IMG/VR virus record: IMGVR_UViG_3300035169_000087
Location: 35,072 to 99,071 of that record
Strand: one strand, 5' to 3'
Length of the DNA: 64,000 bases
Source of the DNA: a virus
Positions 28,541 to 37,286 of the stretch are shown piece after piece. Numbering within the stretch: position 1 is the first letter of the stretch; each line of letters starts with the position of its first letter. The notes beneath the pieces were generated by a model. It made no database searches and was not told the origin of the DNA. It worked only from the letters and a program-made list of their open reading frames with translations. The translations under genes were made by a program, and so were the position numbers.

Positions 28541-28866
28541 TGTCCACCGTCCAGGATTTCGAGTTCGGCGGGCGTGAACCAGTCGCGCCAGGTGATGCCG
28601 TCGTGGTGGCCGCTACTGCGATCGATCGGTTCGGGGACGGTTCCTCGTAGCCGGTCGGCGTCACGGCGGATCGAGCGGGCGAGTTGAGCCCACCACTGCG
28701 CCACCTCGCGGTGCGCTGCGGCGTAACCGGCATCTAGTCCGTCCGCGTAGCCCATGGCGTACTGCTCGGCTTCGTTCAGCGCGTTGACACGCAACCGCCC
28801 GAGCTCAGCCGCGACGTCCGTCGCCTCGACCACAACGCGCGGGCGATCGTCCAGTGCGGTCACCAT
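28537..28866 (-). CDS. hypothetical protein
   Basis: Coupled ORF upstream of the helicase. Confidence 0.55.
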   Translation of the reverse strand: MVTALDDRPRVVVEATDVAAELGRLRVNALNEAEQYAMGYADGLDAGYAAAHREVAQWWAQLARSIRRDADRLRGTVPEPIDRSSGHHDGITWRDWFTPAELEILDGGQ

Positions 28867-29708
28867 CCTCCCCTCCACCAGTAGCGCTGATCGAGACCCG
28901 CAGACTCCCGGATGTGCCCGCGCGCCAACAGGTAATGGAGCGTCTGGCGAACAGTCATCTCATCGACGCCGTACATCTGCTGAAGCTCAGCGACTGTAGG
29001 CAGGAATCCGTCGGGGAACCGCCGGGCGCGGATATCCCGTTTCAACGCCTCGGTCGTCTGCTGAAACCGGTCGTACCGCGAGCGTGTGACCACGTAGATC
29101 CTGCGCTTAGCTCGCGCCACGTGACTCGACGCGCCAACACGCGTGGCACCGTCGTCGTTGTACTCCGGCTGCTCAACAGCGATGACGCGGTCCTCCTCGG
29201 CCGCCGCCGAAAAGCGATCGTGATGCCATACGACTTCCCGCGTGGCGACCTCGCGCCACCAATACTGCGCGCGCTCGTGTTCGGTGAATCGCTTCTCGGG
29301 ATCGTCGCTTATCCCGACGTAGAGGAGGGCCCCCGACTCTGAGAACAGTCTGTAGACGGCAGTTGGCTTCGACTCGACCGACGCGCTGCGTTTTGGAACC
29401 CCAGAGGCTTGCGTGCGCCACGTGGGCGGGATGAGTAGCCGAAACCTGGTTGGCGGCCTCCAGTGGCACGGATGGGCCTTTGCCGCCGAGAAGTCCTCAG
29501 CCTCCACGAGTTCGGCCTTCGCCAAGGCTTCTAGGACGCTAAGGATTTCGCCCGCCGGGATCCCGCTCTCCTCGACGAGCGTGTAGCCGTGGAGTTGGCA
29601 TTCGTGCGTCTGCCCGTCAGCGCGGTCCGCGACGAGCAACAGCAGTGCCTTCGCCTCATAGGACGGGACCTCCTGCTGGCGCGCCCACTCCATCGCGTAT
29701 CGGCTCAC
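28860..29708 (-). CDS. wHTH - GIY-YIG - GntR-type HTH fusion protein
   Basis: AMEWA...KALLLLVADRAD (replication-protein-like wHTH); AVYRLF...LLYVGISDDPEKRFTEH...E...PEYN; LPTVAELQQMYGVDEMTVRQTL. Confidence 0.75.
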   Translation of the reverse strand: MSRYAMEWARQQEVPSYEAKALLLLVADRADGQTHECQLHGYTLVEESGIPAGEILSVLEALAKAELVEAEDFSAAKAHPCHWRPPTRFRLLIPPTWRTQASGVPKRSASVESKPTAVYRLFSESGALLYVGISDDPEKRFTEHERAQYWWREVATREVVWHHDRFSAAAEEDRVIAVEQPEYNDDGATRVGASSHVARAKRRIYVVTRSRYDRFQQTTEALKRDIRARRFPDGFLPTVAELQQMYGVDEMTVRQTLHYLLARGHIRESAGLDQRYWWRGGW

Positions 29709-29839
29709 GCGGCCACCACCATTTCGTGCGCAGGACTAGGGAAGTGCATGTGTTGCTGTTGTTGCCGCAGCTCTCTAGGGATGTACGGTTGTGGCGTGAG
29801 CACGAGAGACGTGCACACCAGTGCCAGAGGGGAGCGCGC

Positions 29840-30583
29840 ATGCCGGAGCGCCGCGCGAAGGCGCCGAAGTTCGAGCAGACCGCTGCGAGGATTCGGACAC
29901 GGATCAGATCCGGCGAGTTGAAACCGGGCGACAAGCTCCCCATGGAGGATGCCCTCGCCAAGCAGTACGAGGTCGCTAAACCGACCATGCGCGCCGCGCT
30001 GGCCGTGCTCGAACGCGAGGGGTTGATCGCGGCGAAGCGGGGGGTCGGATTCGTCGTCCGCTCCACGCACAAGATCAGGCGCAATGAGACGAAGCGCCTT
30101 CTGTCCAGCGTGTGGGGCGACGGCCGGTCCATGTGGGTCGAGGACATAGGCACGGTCCCGACCCCGAAGGATCTCGTTGTAGACCTTGTCGACGCTCCCC
30201 CGCATGTCGCGCAGATTCTTGGCCAGGGCAACGCGTGGGTGCGGGATCGTGGCTACGAAGTCGGCGACCAGGTCGTGCTGCTCGCCGCTTCGTATGTGCC
30301 GGAAGAGATCGCGGACGGCACGCTCATTACGCAGAAGGACACTGGGCCGGGAGGCACGTACGGGCGGCTCAAAGACGCCGGCCACGGACCCGTGCGCTTC
30401 GAGGTGGTGGTGGGCGCTCGGCCGCCGACGCGCGAGGAGACGCTGCGGCTCGGCGTGAGCCCGGCCGTGCCCATGATTACCGAGCTGCGTACGGCGTTCG
30501 ACGCAAGCGGCCGGGCAGTCGAAGTCAACGAGATGGTGCTGGACTCGACGGTCTTCACGCTGCAATTCGATATCACCGCCTAG
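29840..30583 (+). CDS. GntR/HutC-family repressor (KorSA-like, with UTRA domain)
   Basis: IRSGELKPGDKLP...LAKQYEVAKPTMRAALAVLEREGLI...GVG; TGPGGTYGRL...G; RTAFDASGRAVEV. Confidence 0.9.
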   Translation: MPERRAKAPKFEQTAARIRTRIRSGELKPGDKLPMEDALAKQYEVAKPTMRAALAVLEREGLIAAKRGVGFVVRSTHKIRRNETKRLLSSVWGDGRSMWVEDIGTVPTPKDLVVDLVDAPPHVAQILGQGNAWVRDRGYEVGDQVVLLAASYVPEEIADGTLITQKDTGPGGTYGRLKDAGHGPVRFEVVVGARPPTREETLRLGVSPAVPMITELRTAFDASGRAVEVNEMVLDSTVFTLQFDITA

Positions 30584-30597
30584 TCACGTAGGGACTC

Positions 30598-30630
30598 AAG
30601 CCCCGGCTGCCCGATGGGTCGCCGGGGCTT
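30598..30630 (+). terminator. hairpin terminator
   Basis: AAGCCCCGGC...GCCGGGGCTT followed by T-rich bases. Confidence 0.7.
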
Positions 30631-30730
30631 CTTGGTTCTATGGGAACAATAACATCTACTAGGGAGGCTGGACATCCCTAAGGGTTGGTGGTTTCATGGA
30701 AACAGAAGGAACACCGAAGGAGCCGAACCC

Positions 30731-30940
30731 ATGGAGACCGCAGAGATGCCGGAGCTGCTGACCGTGGCCGAGGTCTGCGCCATGACCCGGCAGAGCAAGA
30801 CCAGCGTTCACCGCGAGATCGAGGCCAACGAGTTCGATGTCAAGCGCATCGGGCCGAAGCGCGGATCGATCCGCGTGACCCGGGCCTCAGTCGAGGCGTA
30901 CCTGTCCCGGCGCACGATCACCGCCCCTGCCGCGGCCTGA
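30731..30940 (+). CDS. excisionase-like HTH (HTH_17/MerR-like)
   Basis: LLTVAEVCAM...SKTSVHREI...RIG...IRVTRASVEAYL. Confidence 0.8.
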   Translation: METAEMPELLTVAEVCAMTRQSKTSVHREIEANEFDVKRIGPKRGSIRVTRASVEAYLSRRTITAPAAA

Positions 30941-31023
30941 ACCGCACCGCGACCGCACCGGTCGCGCATCGACCGCACGACACACGCCCCGAAAGCTGAA
31001 ACCAGCCCCCGAAGGAGCCTGAC

Positions 31024-34000
31024 ATGGCCTGCAAGCCCAACTGCGGCGGCTGCCGCGACTGCGCCGGAACCGAACTGAACGACGACAACGGCACCGCCCA
31101 CGACAACCCGACGCTTCAGCGCGCCGGCCGGACCTGGGACCAGAGCCGCACAGGCCGCCGGGGACGCCGGTCCTAACTTCCACCCGGCCGAGCGGTCCAC
31201 ACCCGAGTTCGAGTCTCGGGCGGCCACGTAGAACCAGCCCAGCCCAGCCCGACTAGCGAAGGAGCACGCACATGGCCAAGCCGAAGCACACCGTCCCCGC
31301 CGTCGAAGTCACCTACCCGAACGGCGACACCCGCTACAGCCTCAACCACGGCTCCCGCGGCGACGGCTCCACCACCCGGGACGTGCGCGGCTACGAGGCG
31401 CGCGGCGGGTTCGTGGTCACCGAACGCAGCGATGAGGTCAAGCAGTACTGACCGGCCCGGCGTCCCTGCGGCCCGCCCCCCCGGCCGCAGGGGCTCCAGA
31501 CCAGCCAGCACCAGCAACACCCGCACAGACCGCAGACAGCGCGAAGCCCCGGCGCTGCAGCAACAGCACCGGGGCCCTTATCGAAAGGTTGGTCATGGCG
31601 ACCGAAACCACCGTACCGAACGCCACCGACACCGAGCTAGCCGCACGCGCCGCCCTCACCACCGCACCCGGCCAGGACATCGACGCCGACAACGAGCGCG
31701 CCCTGAACCTGTACCTCAACGGCATCCGCGCCGCACGCTACGCCGCCGCCGCGTCCCTCACCCGGATCCTCGACGAGCGCATGGCCGGCGTCTGATGACC
31801 GCGCCCCGCACCCTTCCCGCGCACCAGATCCTCACCGGCGACCGCGTCAACCTCTACGGCCACTGGCACACCGCAGGTCGCGTCACCCTCGAAAACGGCG
31901 AGCACGACAGCACCGTGCACCTCGTCCTCGACCACGGCGCCAGCGACGCCGACCTGCCCGCACACGACCTGTTCCACGTCATCCGCACCGTCACCCACAC
32001 CCAAGGCCCCGACGGTCAGATCCGCATCCGCATCGACCCCGCCGCCCCGGCCATGAGCCCCGCCGACGCCCGCGTGCACGCCGCCGCGATCCTCCAGGCA
32101 GCCGACGACGCCGACGCCGCCAACGGCCACCCCTTCGGCCTCATGCCCCTCGTCCCCGACAACCTTGCTGACGGGGGCCTGACGTGAACGCCTGCGCCCT
32201 CAAGTTCCGGCCGCTGCGGCACGTGGCGACCGTCACGCACTCCGCGCCCGGTGAGGCTGTCGTCACCTGCACCTGCGAGCAACTGCGCTCCGCCGTGGAC
32301 GTAGACGCCCCCGACTCGCTGACCTTCGTCCTCACCGACCACCTGACCCGCGCCGCCAACGGCACCGGCCGCCTGCTCGTGGACGACACCCGCACCCGCC
32401 GCCGCTACACCGTCACCGACGACAACGCGCCCGAGATCAGCCTCCTGCTGACCGGCGCGACCCTGGCCGGTGCCCGATGAACGGCCAGACGCCCCGCGGC
32501 ACACGCGAGAAAGACACCACCCGCCCCGACGACGGCGAACTGTGCGCGTTCAGCGACAAATACGGCCCGCACATCCCCGCCCCCGCCGTCGTCATCGGCC
32601 GCGACGAACACGGCAACCGCCGCATCGCCTGCGTCCCCACCTGCCCCAAACCCGCCACCGACCAGAACGGAGCAGCGGCATGAGGACCACCGGAACCGCC
32701 ACCGACGCGGCCCAGCAAACTGGCGCCTGGCTCCGTCAAGGCGCAGCCGTCGACTCGCAACGCGCCTTCGGCACCTGGCACCACTACCCCATCGCCTCCG
32801 CCACCGACACAGCCCCGCCGCCCCGCAAGCCCGACCTGGACATCCCCGGCTACGGCCAGACCGACCACTACCCGGCGATCTGAGGCGACGACGATGACGC
32901 TCAAGCCCCTCGCGCTAGCCGCCGCCAGGCTGCGCACCCTCGCCCGCAAACCCAACCCCGCCCACGACGACCGGCAACCCTGCCTAACCCCAGACCCGTT
33001 CACCGCGCCGCCCTTCGACCCCGACGCCCTGCACCGAAACGACGACCCCGACAACGGCCCGGACATCCACACCGGATTGCCGTGGAACCACTGCGGCCGC
33101 CTCGACGGGCAGCCCGGCATGGTCTGGTACGCCACCGTCCGCAAGGTACGCGGCGACCAGCTCAAGGCCGGCGACTGGCTCGGCAGCCTCGACCACCGCG
33201 GCGCCCGCATGATCTGCCAGATCCGGGACGGCGCAAGCGAGCCCGGTTCGTCCCGCACCGTCGTGTTCAGTGCCGGAGACACCGAGACCGTGCGCTGCGA
33301 CATCGAATACGACGTCGTCGACCCGGACTCGCAAGTCACCCCGGACGGTACCCCCGTCGCGACCGGATGGCAGTGAGGCGACGATCATGACCCCGCGTTC
33401 GCGAGCCGCCCAGCGCCGCCGCATCATCCTCACCGCCACCACGGTGTCCGGCATCGGATTCGTCGCCGCGATCGCAACCGGCCACTGGCACCTCGCCGGA
33501 GCCTTCGCGCTGCTGCTCGTGATCGCCTGGGTCGCCGCGCTCATCGAACGCCGGATCCGCGACAACCGCCGGCCGCTGGTGTCGCTCGTCCACCTGCGCC
33601 GCCAACGCCGCGACGGCGAGCCCCGCCAGTGGGTGCCGCCGAAGTACCGCGGCTGGCACCACGACGACGAGAAAGGGAACTGACATGGCCCTGCGCCTCA
33701 CCTGGAGCAGCCGCAGCGGACTGCGCCTGACCGAATCCGTGCGCGTCGGCAAACGACTGCGCCTGTGGGAGTCGATCCCGCTCACCCGAGGCAAGAACCG
33801 GCGCCGACGCACCCGTAAAGGCGCCAGCTACCGGCTCTGACCGGCCACCGGTGGCCCGCCTGCCCGCACGCAGACGGACCCGCCGTGGGCGACCAGCCCC
33901 CCGCAACAACCACGAAGGAGACCAGCACCATGGCAGCCATGGACAAGACCCAAGCCGCCTCGAAGCAGAGCGACAACCGGCTGCGGGCCGCGCTGGAAGC

Positions 34001-34900
34001 GGGCGACACCACGTCCGTCCAGCTCGGCACCAGCATCAACAAGCAGCGCGACCAGGTCGCGCGCCTCGGCTTCGGCAAGGGCGGTAGCGGCCGCAACTGA
34101 ACAGGCCCGCACGCAGGCAGACCGCCGCGGGCGACCAGCCCGAACCCGACAACGAGGAGAACGCAATGGCACGCAAGCAGCCCCAGCCCGTCAGCTACGA
34201 GACCGACATCTTCGGCGAAGGCGTCGCCGTAGACCCCAAGGGCGCCGACCGCACGCGCACCAGCCAGGCCCACGGCCGCCACGCCGCGGACGCGGTCATC
34301 GCCGCCACACCAGCACCAGCCAGACGGCCACCCGCACCCGATAACCCGCCCGGCCCGGCCGACCACCACCGGCCGGGCCCAACAACCCGAAGGAGAGGGC
34401 TATGGCCCGCCCCAAGCGCGACGACGTCACCCCGCTGACCGTCACCGTCCTGAACGAGCAGGGCCAGCCCACCACCGAAATCAAGGTCAACGGCTGGACC
34501 TCCGCGAACGCCGTCACCGCGAAATACGCGGACAACGGCAAGCAGACCCAAGTCACCCCCCGCACCAACTGACCCGCCCGACGACCCGCCGAAGGAGGCG
34601 ACACCGATGCTCACCATCACCCTGCTGCTGCTCGTCCTGGGCGCCCTGCTCGCCTCCTTCGGCATGCTCGGGTTCTACGGCAACTGGACCAGCACCCCCG
34701 ACCACGACTCGCTGCGCTTCGTGCAGGCCCTCGCAAAGACCGGCCGGCGACTGGCCTACACGGGACTCGCCCTGTGCGTCCTGCACTACTCGGTCGGCGG
34801 CCCGGCACTGGCCGCGCTACTGCTCGTCGGCGCTCTCGCCCTCGCCACCTACCGAACCCGCACCACCAACACCATCGTCCCGACCGGAGCCACGCCGTGA
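31024..34900 (+). other. array of about 14 very small CDS (e.g. 31024-31176, 31272-31451, 31595-31795, 31795-32187, 32184-32480, 32477-32683, 32680-32883, 32894-33376, 33386-33683, 33930-34100, 34402-34572, 34607-34900)
   Basis: Many ORFs have a strong GAAGGAG RBS or stop/start overlap; several are separated by GC hairpins; two are hydrophobic. Confidence 0.6.
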
Positions 34901-35105
34901 CCGAGCCCGCGGGCATTCCCGACTCGGCCGACACAGACCCCTCGCGCCGCGACCAGGCGCAGCGCGAGGCATCCGCCGCCGGCGCCAACCGGCGACACAA
35001 CCCGGCCCGGACAGGTGACCCCTCCACCCTGTCCGGGCCGGGACTAACCGCGAAAAGGAGCCGACCATGCCCACCTCGCCCCATGCGGCACACGGCATGA
35101 GCCGG

Positions 35106-36002
35106 CTAACGCTTGGCGAGCCTCTCGAAGATCTTCACGGCGAGGACGCCACCCACCCCGCACGCAGCACCGACCTCGTCAACTGTGACCTGGCTGAAGA
35201 ACTGAGGGAAGTTGCTCAGGTTGACCACAGAGCACACGCCGATTCCAGAAATGGCAGCCCAGGCCGCTTGCCAGGTCGTCGGGGACGCCCCAATGTCGCC
35301 GAGCCTCAGGACGAACCGCTCCCTCGCCAACAGGTGGCTCCGGTCACGCCAGTCCTTCAACGCGGGCTCGGGACAGCCGTCCGCATTGTGGATGCTCAAC
35401 GTGAAGAACCCCGGCAGCAACTCGTAGTCCCAGGCCAGGATCCTGGCCGCGCGGCGATAGAGATCATCGATCGCGCCGAGATCCTTCATCGGCCCGCAGT
35501 TCCAGTAGCCGAGGTGCGGGATCTGCGGAAACCAGATCCGTACGCGCCCTCGCGAGGCTTGATCTTGCTGGTCCGCGCAGATGACCGCGGCATAGTGCGG
35601 GTTGGCGTCCCGCCAGGCCGTCCCGCCGCGCGGGTGCTTCATCGCGGACGCGAGCAGGCCAAGGCGCCATGGGCGTGGCTCGTGATTCCCCGGCGTGTCC
35701 GTGGCTTCCCGCCCGAGTCGCTGATCGTAGTCACGTCGCTTGTTGTGGATCGGGTTCTCGTACTTGATCGCGCAGTATTCCTCAATGGCCGCGCCGAGGC
35801 GCGAACTGTGCCAGACGACGGTCCGCCAGTGCACGTCACCCCACCATGGCTTGTCTCGCGCATGCTCCCGCCAGCGCCCATCGGTGTCGTATGCGATGCC
35901 CGCGTACAGCAGGCGCTCATCCCGGTTATAGAGCCGGTAGACCCCGGTTCGGCGGTCCGGCGCGCAGTGAAGCGAGTTGCACTTGCGCGTCATCAGGCCC
36001 AC
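35106..36002 (-). CDS. GIY-YIG nuclease-domain protein
   Basis: GVYRLYN...LLYAGIAYD...RWREH...EEYCAIKYENPIHN. Confidence 0.75.
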   Translation of the reverse strand: MGLMTRKCNSLHCAPDRRTGVYRLYNRDERLLYAGIAYDTDGRWREHARDKPWWGDVHWRTVVWHSSRLGAAIEEYCAIKYENPIHNKRRDYDQRLGREATDTPGNHEPRPWRLGLLASAMKHPRGGTAWRDANPHYAAVICADQQDQASRGRVRIWFPQIPHLGYWNCGPMKDLGAIDDLYRRAARILAWDYELLPGFFTLSIHNADGCPEPALKDWRDRSHLLARERFVLRLGDIGASPTTWQAAWAAISGIGVCSVVNLSNFPQFFSQVTVDEVGAACGVGGVLAVKIFERLAKR

Positions 36003-36029
36003 GCCCAGCCGGCCGCAGCCGGCCGAAGC

Positions 36030-36290
36030 TCACTCGTCGGATGTGCGCCCCCCGGCGATCTGCTGGGCAGCGGAGCGGGAGATGCCCAGCTTCTGGGCGA
36101 CCTCGGCGTGCGACGCGCCCAGGGCGCGCATTTCCTGTACGCCGGACCTGCGGATTTCAGCGGCTTCGGGAATCGCCTCTTGGAGAGACCGGATGAGTTC
36201 CTGGGCGGCTTGCGCCCGCCGTTCCGGGTCTTCGATAGCGCGAACGGTATCGAGCATCCGCTCAATCTCCGATTCCCTGTTCGTCGCCAT
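36030..36290 (-). CDS. small HTH regulator
   Basis: IRRSGVQEMRALGASHAEVAQKLGISRSAAQQIA. Confidence 0.8.
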   Translation of the reverse strand: MATNRESEIERMLDTVRAIEDPERRAQAAQELIRSLQEAIPEAAEIRRSGVQEMRALGASHAEVAQKLGISRSAAQQIAGGRTSDE

Positions 36291-36315
36291 GAGGCGCAGT
36301 GTAGATCCATGGCAT

Positions 36316-36340
36316 TACTGTACAGCCACCCTGTACAGTA
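36316..36340. promoter_or_regulatory. palindromic operator between the HTH gene and the transfer operon
   Basis: TACTGTACAG-N5-CTGTACAGTA is a perfect inverted repeat. Confidence 0.65.
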
Positions 36341-36377
36341 GGGGGATACGAATTCACCACTCAAAGGAGTTCGACAA

Positions 36378-37286
36378 ATGGCACCCAAGAGCGCCGTTCC
36401 GATCGAAGTGCCAGCGTTCACGCGCTGGGCACTACGCATTGGCGGCGGTGCAGCCCTGGTCTGCGGCGCCATCCTCTCGTTCTTCGCGCTCTACGGGCTC
36501 GCCGTCATGAACGGCTGGCCCCGCTACATCGCCTGGGCGCTGCCCGGCAGCGTCGATGTGCTCACCGCTACCGCCGCAGTCGTCGCCATGTCCGTGCCGC
36601 GCGCGCACCGCGGCGCCAGCATCGCGCACTGGAGCGCCGCCGCGAGCCTTCTGATCACCGTCGGCTGCAACGTCGAGTTCCACGCGCTACTGCCGGCCAC
36701 CCGCTGGAGCATCGGGCACGTCTTCCTCGTCGCCACCGGCGCCGTGCCCGCGATCGTCGTCGAGCTGATCCTCGTGATGCAGATGTACCTCGGTGACGGC
36801 GCCGTCCTGGCCGGCGCCGACCACGCGCCCGTCGTCCAACCCAAGGCGCAGTCGTCCAAGAACGGCGCCGTCGGCCAGTCGTCCAAGAGCGCCGCGGCCG
36901 ACCGTGTGGACGGCCAGTCGTCCACGGCTGCGCCGGTCGAAGTCGTCCACGCGGACGACCTCCCGGCCGTCCAGAACGCTCCGTCGTCCACGCGAACCAT
37001 GGACGAGGACTCGTCCAACCAGGCGGCCACGGACGAGCAGGACGAGCTGATCGTCCAGATCGGCCGGACGGTCTACGAGGCGGTCAAGACCGAGCTCGGC
37101 AAGCGACCGCCGCAGCAGGCGTTCTGCGACGCGCTCGCCGCCGCCGCGGCGCCGCACGTCGATGCCGGGCGGCTACCGGAGACGTACCGCAGCCCGTCGA
37201 TCTCGACCGCCAAGCGCGTGCGCAAGGACGTCGAAGACCGATTTCCCGGGCTCTCGCCCCTGCACCTGATCCGGGCCGCATCATGA
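36378..37286 (+). CDS. DUF2637/Spd-like multi-TM protein of actinomycete conjugative elements
   Basis: Four hydrophobic helices (LSFFALYGLA...AWALPGSVD...VGCNV...GAVPAIV), low-complexity linker; upstream of FtsK. Confidence 0.7.
   Translation: MAPKSAVPIEVPAFTRWALRIGGGAALVCGAILSFFALYGLAVMNGWPRYIAWALPGSVDVLTATAAVVAMSVPRAHRGASIAHWSAAASLLITVGCNVEFHALLPATRWSIGHVFLVATGAVPAIVVELILVMQMYLGDGAVLAGADHAPVVQPKAQSSKNGAVGQSSKSAAADRVDGQSSTAAPVEVVHADDLPAVQNAPSSTRTMDEDSSNQAATDEQDELIVQIGRTVYEAVKTELGKRPPQQAFCDALAAAAAPHVDAGRLPETYRSPSISTAKRVRKDVEDRFPGLSPLHLIRAAS
36831..37057 (+). repeat. cluster of GTCGTCCA 8-mers (clt/TRS-like)
   Basis: Perfect copies at 36831, 36851, 36878, 36917, 36942 and 36983; one-mismatch copies at 36870, 36966, 37010 and 37050. 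Confidence 0.7.
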
